Shown here: positions 52,869 through 64,000 of the stretch, in pieces
How the letters are laid out: each line of letters opens with the position of its first letter
How positions within the stretch are numbered: position 1 is the stretch's first letter
NCBI GenBank assembly: GCA_033442325.1
Contig: JAWQFM010000031.1
Span: 717,497-781,496 of the forward strand
Direction: 5' to 3'
From: Salpingoeca rosetta
Lineage: Eukaryota; Protista; Choanoflagellata
Length of the DNA: 64,000 bases
Program-made: the position numbers and the translations under genes
Notes under the pieces: model-generated
What the model saw: only the letters and a program-made list of their open reading frames with translations
Told to the model about the DNA's origin: nothing
Databases searched by the model: none

Positions 52869-53509
52869 CGCTGTGGCATCACACATGGCATCCTCAACCG
52901 TCTCCTCTCACTTCTCATTCCACACAAATGCCCTGCACTTTTTCTTCTTGGTTGCGTGCTTGCAGCTGATGCAAATATGGGTGCACGTGGATGAAACGTA
53001 CCTGCTCAACACCTACACGGACAACTACGTCTACCGCTACGGCCCCTTCCCTCTCGTGACGGTGAGCATGCATGCTTGTGTCTGCGCGCCTGCGTGTGTG
53101 TGTGTGTGTTTGTTCGTGTGTTTGCCAGTGTGTGTGTGAAAATGCGTGTGTGTGTTTGATTGATTGCTTGTTTGTGTCTGTGTGTCTGTGTGTGTATGTT
53201 CGAACGTGTTTGTGGCGGTTGTGCGTCGTGCAAGCAACCACACGTGCACCACCATGACCATACACTCACGCGTCGATGCTTACCATGGCGTCAACCTATG
53301 CCCTGCAATACTTCTTCCGCCTCCCCTTGCCACAGCAACTCTGGGCGTACAACTTTGGCACGACCGTTGGCGGTGTGTCGCTGCACGATGGTGTCGTGTA
53401 TGCCATGCAGAGCGGCAGCTACAACATCCGCGTCCTCGACTGGGAGACGGGCCAACTCCAGCGCTCTTTCTCGTCAGTGCATTCGGAGGCACTTCCTCTG
53501 TGTACCTGC

Positions 53510-53559
<50 letters not shown>

Positions 53560-55893
53560 TGCGTGTGAGTGTGGTGTGTACCTGCTCCGTGTGTGTGTGT
53601 GTGTGTGTGTTTGTGTTTGTGTTTGTGTCGTCGTACTCAACTTGGACTTAGCGTGCTTGCTGTCGTCTCACGAACGCCACTCTTCCTTCCACGCCCTGCT
53701 CCCCCCGCACACCACGAACAGGCTGAGCGGCTCGCCTCAAGGGTTCTCCAACATCTACGGCACATTTGCAGTCGTGAGCAACAAGATCTTCGTCGGCGAC
53801 TACAACGACAACGACATGTACCGGTGAGCGTGATGGCTCTTGTGTTGCTGTTGTGTGGTCATGTTAGTGAACTGTGCTTCTGCTGTGTAACGATGCGCCT
53901 GCATGCATGCACACGCATTCAAGCAAGCACACGCTCATACGCGCGCACACACAATTCACACACACGCGCGTTTGCCTTGCCACTGTGCCGTTTAGATTTG
54001 ATCTTCAAACGTATCAGTACGACAACGTGCATTGGACGGCCTCGTACCAGACACAAAAGCTTGGCTTTGACGGCCAGCATCTCTGCATCGCTTCAGGGGA
54101 TCCTGTCGAATGCTGGAGAAGTGAGTCGCCGCGCTCTCGCTTGTTTGGCTTCATTTTCTGTCTCATGGCTCTGGCCACGGGTTACATCTGCATCTGTGTC
54201 ATGCTTGTCTCTTTGCTATCTCCGATACATGCCCTCATCCCTTCAACTCATCATCACTTCAACCCCTCGGCCAACGCCACCCCCGTCTTGTTCACCGCAC
54301 GTGATCACCGCAGTTGTGGACGAGAATGTGTACGGCGACCGCACCGTCATCTCTGCCAATGCGCCGGCACAGGCCATCATGGGCTCTGAGATCCTGACAA
54401 AGGACATGAACCTGGCCATCTCCAAAGAGGTGTCGCCCAACAGCGATTCGAGCTTCAAGCTCTGCTTCCGCGCATCAGACCACGGCTTCTCCGGCTCCAC
54501 CTTCCACGCGCGCTGCGACAACAAGGGCCAGACGGTTGTCGTTGTCCGTTCGACAGAGGGCAGCCCGCAGGGACCGCGCGTATTTGGCGCCTTTGCTCCC
54601 AACAGCTGGCGGTCCGACACGTCCACGTATCTCCGTGCCGATGATGCCTTCCTCTTCCGTTTTGTCAACAACGGCCAATTCGAGCGCACAGATCTCCTCA
54701 ACTATCCGGAGTACGCCCAGTACACGCGCCCAGGCTACTGCCCTGAGTTCGGTTCGTTGTCGTCGTATTTGTGTTTGTGCATGTATCTTGTGTTGGTGTT
54801 GATGGGCTCGGTTGCTCTTGCCTTCGTTGCTGGCGTGCGCAAGTCCGTTTGCACACACACACATGCACTCACACACATGCACTCACACACACGCACTCAC
54901 TCACTCACCTTGCCTCACTCACTCACTCACTCACTCACTCACTCACTCACTCACTCACTCACTCACTCACTCATTGACGCACATGCAGGCAACTCTGATT
55001 TCCGCATGTCAACGGACTGCCGGTCCGGATACACCAGCACGAATGCTTACACGTGAGTTTAATGCATGCAGTTGTGTTTGGACTTCAATGCATCTGTGCT
55101 GCAACAAATGTTGTCATTTCCTCATACTCATCGCCATCCATGCTGTTGCGTGTATCCGTGCTATTGCTGAGCGCAGTGTGCACCAGAGCAGCAGCACGTA
55201 CAACAACGAGTGGTTGACTGGCTCCTACAACAGCTGGCAAGTGGATGACGTCGAGGTCTTCTACCGCGTCGACGAGTCCGCAGATCCATGCTTCGACGTG
55301 GTGCGTACAGCAGCGCTCGCGTGCACTTGACACGTCATTGTGAGCGAATGTGGGGGTTGCGTTTGTCCATGTTGCCAGTGTCACGAATCCCTTCGTGTCA
55401 ATCTCATCCTCGTGTGCATCATGCATTGTCCAAACAACACAGACATGTGATCCACCAATGGGTCAGTGCAAACTGCCCGGTCGCTGCGTCAGCGGCGAGT
55501 GCGTCTATGATGTCGCCCCGAATGGCACCCCATGCAACGACGGTCAGTATTGCGAAGTGTGTGTGTGGGAGGGGGGAATCTATGCGTTTGAGAGCATCGA
55601 GTCGCCATTGCACGCCTCCTCGTTCCTCACCAACAAACACACAAACGTGCCACTCCCCTCCGAACAACGCACCCTTTGCAGGCGACGATGCGACGGTGTT
55701 TGACACGTGCCAGGACACCGTCTGCGTTGGCCGCCATCCCGTCATCACGGAGGACAACCAGCACACGTTCACTGGCCTCAACCCGTACACCACCTACGCC
55801 TTCCGTGTGGCTGCCCGCACCGTCCGCGGTCAGGGCCCGGCCTCTGACGCCGTCCGCGCCCGCACTCTCTCCGGCACCCCAACAGGTTGGCGC

Positions 55894-55981
<88 letters not shown>

Positions 55982-57512
55982 CGTGCTTTGAGTGCGCGTG
56001 ATTCCTTCGCCTGGCTGCCTTGTCCCTCACACACGATCGTTTGTGCCCTGTCCTCATCCACGTGCCATTTCTTGCCTTTCCTTCCCTCCTCAACCCTTCA
56101 GGTCCACCCCAGGATGTGGTGGCGCGAGCGGCAGCAACGACCGTGTTGCACATCACGTGGAAGCAGCCGCTGTTTGGCGAGCGCCACGGCACCATCTCAT
56201 CGTACAAGCTGTGGGTGCAGCGCCTGAACAGCATGCGCCAGCCAGCGGGCACACCCTGGACCATCGTCACGGGCAACGACCTCACCAACTACAACCTCAC
56301 AGACCTCGACGCATACACATACTACCAGGTTTGTGTGGGTGTATGACCGTGTTGTTGTTGGCATCATTTGCTCAACTTGCTCTCTGTCTTTATTGACCGG
56401 GTTTGTACCACCACGCACACACACGCACACACACACTCACGTACACACACACACACACACGCACAACTGCAACAACCACAACAACAGGTCAAGGTGGCTG
56501 CCTCCACCATTGATGGCCTGGGTCCGTACAGCGATGCGTCGATTGCTCGAACAGCAGAGGGAACACCACCCGTTGCACCAACGAACGTGCAGGTGGACAG
56601 CACAACAACCGAGACTGTCACGCTCAGCTGGGACCCAATCAGCCCACTCGAGGCTGATGGCATCCTCATTGGCTACACCATCTCTGTGCGTCAGGGACCA
56701 AGGAGCGACTGCACACGCCACCCCGCCAGCATCGACGTTGTCTACATCGACACACCACGTGTTGAGACCTACACCGTGCTTGAGTTGGAGGACACTGCTG
56801 TGTATCCGTACGAATTCCAGGTTGCAGCCCGCACTGCTGCTGGCGAGGGCGTGTACTCTGCATCAGCGCTGCACATGACGAGCGGCGGGTCGCAGGTGTG
56901 CTCCGGCCCGTCCACGTGGACATCAGATGTCACCAGCACATCCGCCAACGTGTGGGTGAAGCCACCGCCAACGGTTGAGCTGAACGGCAACACCATCGCC
57001 ACCATCAACGTGACCGTCACGGCCATCGAGGACTCCAATCGCCGCCCCATCACGGGCGCAACACCGGCATGGCTCGTGTTCTCTGCTGCTGATGGCTTCA
57101 ACGCCAGCCAGGCGCTGTCTGGGCTCGACCCGTACACGGTGTACAGCGTGGAGGCCGTGGTCATCACCACGACTGGCGTGTCTTCGCCCACGTCTGCTCC
57201 CTACACGTTCCGCACCGCCGAAGCGACGCCAGGTGCTGTGGGCTCCCTCATTGCACAAGAGGTTGGCGACGTGGTGAAGGTGTTGTGGACGCCGCCATCG
57301 CCGGCAAACGGAGCGCTTCAGTATCGCATCACATTCACGCCCGCCGTTGACGGCACGAGCGAATTCACCACGTCCTACGCCAACTTCAGCCTCGACGTCC
57401 TCTCGGTTCGTTGTGTGTGCGTATGTATGTGTATTTGTGTGTCTGTGTGTATTTGTGCATGTGTGTGTGTGTGTGTCATCTTGCAAGCACCCTTAGTGGA
57501 CAGCATGTCACT

Positions 57513-57556
<44 letters not shown>

Positions 57557-58887
57557 CACACACACACACGCACACATTCTCCACCTTGGGTTTCTCTCCT
57601 TGCAGGGCACGACGTACACCGTCAGGGTTGTTGCGCTGACGGGCGCAGGTGATGGCCCAGCACGCCAGACGACGGTAGAGACTGTCCCGGCCAACGTGGC
57701 TGCACCTGTCATAACGCTTCAATCCGCAGCAGAGACAGAGCTGCGGCTCAAGGCCACTTGGACCAGCCCACTCACTGCCTTCCACCTCCAATACAAAGCA
57801 GAGGGGGTGAGTTACGTGCGCGTATGCTGTGTACGCGTGTGTGAATGTGAACGTGTGTGCACTTGCATTTGTGTGTTGGTTGCTTCCCTCAGATGGTGCT
57901 TCTTGTCCACTCACTAAGCTTCACATGCGTGTTCTTTGCTTCTCTCATGTCCTTCTTTGCTCCACAGGATGATGATTTCAGCGATGTCATGGACTACGCC
58001 GTGTCTACCAATGCACGTCAACACACCTTCACCCTCTCTGGCCTGGAGCACTCCACATCCTACACCGTCCGCGTTCAGGCCGACACCGACGATGGTCTCG
58101 GCCTCACCGCCCAATACGAGCACGCCACCGCCGTTGTTCCTCCAAGCGCCCCGCAGACAGTCGTGGTGCGTCATTGAATGTGTGTGTGTGTGTGTGTGTG
58201 CGCGCGCGCGTGTGTGTGTGCGTGTGTGTGATGGCTGTCTTTGCCAGGTGCCCACTGTACTCACCAACGCCCGTTCACATACACGTGCATACACACACTC
58301 TCTCTAACAGGCCATGGCCGTCAACAGCACGCACGTGCGCGTAACGTGGTCTCCTGTCATGGCTGAGCATGGCTGAGCATCGCCTTGGCGAGGTGCGCGG
58401 GTACCGCCTGTCCATCGAGCAGGGCATCAGCCTCCTGCCACCAATCGATGCCGGCCTCACCACGTGGTACATCGTTGGCCGTCTCAACCCCGTCACCACC
58501 TACCGCGTCTCCGTGATTGCGTACAACGATGGCGGTGATGGCGATGCCAGCTCTCCGCAGTCGGTCATGACAGCGGCCACCGTGTGTGCAGATGACGAGT
58601 ACGAGACGGCGCCACCCATGGGGGCAATGGACCGCCAGTGTGGCCCCTGCTCGTCGTGCGGCTCTGGCATGTACGAGACGGCCGCCTGCACGCGCACCAG
58701 CGACACGATGTGCGCCGCATGCAGCACCACCTGTGGCGAGGACGAGTGGATTTCGTCGCCCTGCACGGCCTCGTCCGATATCGAGTGCTCCGCGTGCTCT
58801 ACGTGCGACCTCTCGGTCGAGAGCCACGTGGCCGACTGCACCCTCTTCTCCGACACCGTCTGCGTCCCATTCACCACGTATGTGTGT

Positions 58888-58940
<53 letters not shown>

Positions 58941-60822
58941 CGTGTGTGCGTGCATGTGTGGTTGTGTGTGTGGTTGTGTGGTTGTTGTGTGGTTGTCTCG
59001 TTTGAGAGTGTTGCAATGTTCAAGGCGTCTGCACTCAATTTCATGCGCGTGTGTGTGTATTGGCATTCACCATTGAGCAGGACGACGACCACGACCACCA
59101 CAACCACAACAACGACTACTCTGCCAACAACGACGTGAGTTGTCAACAGCAAACACAGAGCGTGCACCACACCCTTGCGTCCTCCTGCTTTGCTTCACTG
59201 CGTCTGTTATTCCCTGCGTGCTTGTACCTCCACGCTTGCTACACTTGCGGTACGCGCACCCTTGATGCTCACGCACCACACACCACACACCTCATCCTCC
59301 GCAATCATCACGACCAGCGTTCCATGCCATCCAACGTGCGCCACGTGTGCTGGCGAGGCAGCTGACGAGTGCCTGTCGTGCCACGGCAGCTACAGCGTGT
59401 ACCTTGGACGCTGCGTGCCATCGTGCCCCGCCTCCACATACAAGGAGAGCGGCCAGTGCTTGACATGCCCCGCCACGTGCGACATCTGTACGAGTGCTGA
59501 CGTGTGTGTCACGTGCCGTCGCGGTTATTTCCGCCATAATGGCGCGTGCGTGGAGGCCAGCAGCTGCCCCACTGGTTCCTACGCTGACGCCGACCTCGAC
59601 ACATGTGTGCCGTGTACCGCTGGCTGCGCCACGTGCAATGCCGATCGCTGCACGCAGTGCGCTGGCACCAAGCTGCTCCTGCCAACTGGCGATGAGTGCG
59701 TGGACGCCTGCCCGGACCAGTACTTTGCATCCACCACGACGCTGGGCGCACGCGAATGCAAGGCGTGCGACACCTCGTGCAAGTCGTGCTCTGGCACTCT
59801 GCCGACACAGTGCACGGCCTGTTTCGATGGCGAGGAGCTGAAGAGCGGCCGCTGCGTGCTGCCGGGTGGTGGTGGCACGACCAAGAGCCCAACAACACGT
59901 GACCCGTCTGCCTCCCAGTCTGGCACAGACAGCACTGCTGACTCGAACACACTGATTTACGTCGCTGTTGCTGTTGGCGCCGTCATCGCCCTCGCCCTCA
60001 TCATGATTGGCGTCGCGCTGCTTCGCCGCAAGAACGCAAAGGCAGCCAGTGGTGGTGCACACAAGTTTGATGGTCAGCAGGGCTCTACCATGGCTTCCTA
60101 TCGCTCCGGCTCTCTCCACGGCCGTGACATGGTCATCTCCAACCCAGCGTACATGCTAAACGAGCCAAAGCCGTGGACCGAACAGCAGCAGCAGCAACAA
60201 CAACAACAGCCGACGAAGAGACCCGCCAACGACGCCGACATGGAGCGTGAGTGCGTATATGTGTGTGCGTATGTGTGTGTGTGTGCATGTGTGGCATGTG
60301 GGAGCTTGCTTCAGTTCCATTGATACATGCATTCAACTCACCTGTGACTGCTCTCGTCACCACTCCGTGTTGTTGGTACAGCACTCTACGAGGACCAGGA
60401 CATGTACGACGATTGTAAGTTGCAGACGTTGCCGTGCTCGATATCTCATTTCATGGCGTGTGCTACGAGTGCGTGCAGCTGCAGCAGCTGTTGCTGTTGT
60501 TGTTGTTGTTTCCGTGACATGCACATCCCAGCGTGACATGCACATCCCAGCGTGACATGCGCCCCCAGTAACACACACGCTCACACCATCCACTCGCCTT
60601 TCTCTTCGGTTGTTGTCCTGTGCCTCCCTGTTCATGCGAGCAGCTGAGCAGAATGAGGGCGGGTACCTGACCGTCAACCCCGACGATGATCGGATGGCCG
60701 CTGACAACAACGGTACGTCGCAGGATGACGGCGAGGCCTTGTACGACGAGCCGTCCGCCATGCTGTCGCACAAGGACGAGGAGCATGAGAAGCCCCGTGA
60801 TGACGACAGCAATGACGAGTGA
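45455..60822 (+). CDS. Giant type I membrane receptor-like protein: signal peptide, ~10 FN3 domains, beta-propeller-like repeats, CDDG-Cys repeats, TLDc domain(s), TNFR-like and furin-like Cys repeats, TM, Tyr-motif tail; frameshift at 58358-58380
   Basis: FN3 motifs (W..P..NG.I.GY; L.P.T.Y...V.A.T..G.GP); CDDG..T.D.C..G.C.G repeats; TLDc motifs; C..CH..C..C furin repeats; [26 protein letters not shown] followed by RRK; NPAY, LYE, YLTV, LYDEP. Confidence 0.88.
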
Positions 60823-61171
60823 AAGTGTGTGTGTGTGTGTGTGTGTGTGCTTGTGCGTGTTTCCTGAATTCACGATGTTTGCTTGGTTGTGTTTGTTGCT
60901 GGGTGCGCTGTTCATTTTACATAACTGTGTGACATGTGCGGTTGTTTTGTGTTTGTTGTTACACCACGACGCTGGGCTGTGATTACACACGTACACGTGA
61001 ACCGGAAGCATGGAAAGGGGGGGTTGTATTGGAGAAAGATCAACGTAACAGCGTTGGCGTGGATGACGCAAACACAAGGAAGGCAACAAGCAAGCGGGGA
61101 CAGAGGGCACAGCCAGAGGGCAAGGGCAAACCGAGAAACCGAGAAACAATAGGCGCAAGCCAGAATGACGT

Positions 61172-61186
<15 letters not shown>

Positions 61187-61257
<71 letters not shown>
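61187..61257. repeat. (GA)n microsatellite between convergent 3' ends
   Basis: Direct reading. Confidence 0.9.
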
Positions 61258-61260
<3 letters not shown>

Positions 61261-61335
61261 ACATTGAAAGAGAAGCAAACGTCAAACAAGCATGGGTTCG
61301 TATGGAGCAAGGGCTTGCACAACGCAACTTGACGC

Positions 61336-63617
61336 TCAGGTGTTGAACGTGATGTCAATGCTACGCATCGCGCCATCACTGAAAAATGAGGCCTCCAGGT
61401 AGTCGATGACCCACTGTCCCTTCGTGGTGCAGCCATCTAGTCTGGACCACGATTCGTGTGGTGCGGCAGGGTTGCTGTCGGGGAAATCGCCAGTGGCCGT
61501 CGGCGTCCAACAAAACGTGTCATCGACATCAAGATTACTGCCGTCGTTGTGCACAACCTCCATTCGCTGCCCGCTCGGGCATTGCAGGTAAAAGTGCTGC
61601 ATCACACCAAGGAGCAGTTGTATCACCACAAGCAATGCAAAACATGTGAGATCGTTACAAGTGCCTTGACCCTGAACATGTTACGAAAGCACGGATAAGC
61701 GGGTGTGACGCTTGCTTCGCACAAGTTCTTCACGCCGTGCGAGTACAGCGCTCCATTACAAGCATCAAACACACACGTGAACAAGGAACGAGCGTACCAT
61801 TTCCAGCGGGTAGTTGTGCCAAAGCTCGATGCACAATGATTGGATATGTGTGGAAGCAACAAAGTTGGGGATGTCCGCTGACACGTCGTGGCAAATGGCA
61901 GTGCGCGTACGGTCCGGGAGATTCAAGGGGGTGCTCTGACAGGCAGGAGGTGGGCCATCGAACGCGTTGGACATGTCCATGAAGTAGGAGTTTAGGTAGA
62001 AATCGTCATTTCCGTAGTGCTCTTGGAAGAAGTCGAAGTGAGTTGTTGTTGCCTTGGGTTTGGTGGTGGTGGTGGTGGTGGTTGTTGTTGTTGTGGTAGT
62101 TGTTGTTGTTGTTGTGGTAGTTGTTGTTGTTGTGGCTTCCACAACGGCTGCGACTTTGCATCGATGAAAGCGAAGCTTGCATGACTGCAGGGCAGTCACA
62201 ACCTAACAAGCGCAAGGTGTGCGTGTGTGAATGGACAAATGGGTGAGTGAGTGCTTCGCCGTGCCACAATACAACCAAACGACAGTACGCAGACAACGCT
62301 ATCATCCCTGTTGCTCCGCAATCACCCACCGTAGAGTTCCTGGCAGCGACAGAAAACTCGTTGCTTGAGAGGGGCGTCACCGCAGACCCGTCCTTGAGCG
62401 ACAGCGCGCATTCCTGCCACATACGCAACAGCCAGAGCACACCAACAGAGTACATGAGAAGAACAACACGACACTTCCCCTGTGCCTGATCTCGACAGGC
62501 AGCACATGAAAAAGTATTGACTGCACACACAGCGAGCCAACAACAACGCATCACACATACAAACACGCACCCACGCATCCACACATACACACACACACAA
62601 CAGCAAACACGATGCCTCACGTCAAGGCCGCAGTCGTCCTGGATGGCGTCGCGCAGCTGCTGCGAGAACTTGTCGAGTTGAGCGTCTGTAAACTGGTCCA
62701 GCTGCTGCCCACGAAGACACTTGGTTGTCATCACGGCAGCTGTTGTGTAGGTCGTGCTGTCGCACACGCCGGCGTCTCCAGCAGCAATATGCTCAACGTG
62801 TCTCAGCGTGCACTGCATAAACTCGATCTCGTTGCTGTCCAGGCAGGTCTCAATAGCTTGGGCAACCTTGCAAAAGTTGTACGTTTGGGTGTAGGTGTGA
62901 GGGAGATTTGTGTGAGGGAGTGAGGGTGTGTGCTGAAGTGCGCATGTGGTGCAGTTGGACAAAGAAGTAACTCACGTGTGTGATCACGCGCAAGAGCAGG
63001 ACTCAAAAAAAGTAGCAGTGAGCTCGTACAGAAGCATTCTTGACAGGGACGCGGAGGGTGTTATCCAGGCCAGACACGGGGGTGATGTCGGATCCAACAG
63101 CGGACTTGAGGTCGCACTGTTTACAACGGGAGGGAGAGGGTGAGTGTGAGTGCGCGTGCGCGGATGTGTGTGTGCGCGCGTGCGCGGATGTGTGTGTGTG
63201 TGTGGTTGATCGGCAGTGTGAGAGCATACACGAGCAGTTTTATTTGTTGCTGCAGGGGCAGCAAGCACATCAGGTCAATAAAAACCAAGCCAGCGAGCAA
63301 GCCCACGAACACAACTCACAAGCAAGCTACCACGCTTCTTGCAACACACAAACTCCACACCACGGACGACGCACTTGGGCAAGGCCGCATGTGGATGACA
63401 GCTGGGAAGCAAGTGTGATGGCAAACTTGTCGAGGCGGCCTTGCTTGTACTCATGGATCCTCTTGGAACGAAGGCAGCGGAAGGTGAGCTGCGCCTCGCC
63501 GTCGTACGTGGCCGTGTCGCATTGAGTTGGAAGGGGGGCAGCAGAGGCCATGGCGGCGGCCATCAGTGCCACGACGATCACAAGCGTGACTGTTGCCATG
63601 GTGGGACGCATGAACAT
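61336..63617 (-). CDS. Secreted protein: signal peptide, two tandem Cys-containing repeats, Thr stalk, C-terminal proprotein-convertase P-domain-like module
   Basis: Leader MATVTLVIVVALMAAAMASA; repeats CD.(A/T)TY....(L/M)T.(R/K)CLR....LDKF...L......CGL twice; IQSLCIELWHNYPLEM|HFYLQCPSG..SWSRLDG..KGQW..G.MRS..ITF. Confidence 0.68.
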
Positions 63618-64000
63618 GTCGAAGAGAAGGAGAAGGAGGTGGTCTGATCGAAAGCGGCGAAGAAGAAAATAATGTGTTGTGTCGTAGGTGCGTGCGTGCG
63701 TGCGCGTGTGTGTGAGTGGTAGGTTTCGATCGGCAAGTATCGCTTCGTGGTGCGTTCGGATGAATGAATGAATGGTGTGTTCTTCGGGCAAAAAGGTCGC
63801 GTGTTGTGGTCTTTGTTCATGGTGTAACATAAAGCAACACGTCTTATGAAGTCACCTGGCCTACGACATGTGAGGAAAGTGAGCCAATCATATGCCCACT
63901 ACGCTCAGGCGTCATATCACACACACACAATGCCCATAAAACTGATGATGTGACACATGAACTGATGTGACGAAATGATTCGATGGCTTGTGTGCAAGCG

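Overview
Eukaryotic, intron-dense, microsatellite-rich genomic DNA. The gene content (BBS7, adhesion GPCR, H-NOX guanylate cyclase, PTP, FN3 receptor) and the (CA)/(GT)-packed introns are consistent with a choanoflagellate such as Salpingoeca; this is an inference. About 12 protein-coding genes plus one duplicated gene fragment can be assembled by hand across GT-AG introns: a truncated PTP plus PH gene, ADAL, a PQ-loop protein (SLC66A2-like), NDUFB4-like, an ependymin-like secreted protein, BBS7, an adhesion GPCR, a PDZ-VIT1/CCC1 fusion, a soluble guanylate cyclase, an intronless multi-pass membrane protein, a giant FN3/TLDc/furin-repeat receptor, and a secreted P-domain protein. There are 3 assembly gaps and a duplication at the left end. 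Most ORF-track entries are spurious HT/CV translations of dinucleotide repeats. The most striking unexplained features are two compositionally foreign, multi-stem-foldable inserts (14984-15177 and 29096-29379) lying in or beside microsatellites of host genes, and a polarised (GT)n...(CA)n intron architecture. Several unusual domain fusions and frame lesions are also reported. Exon boundaries and RNA stems were read by eye, not computed.
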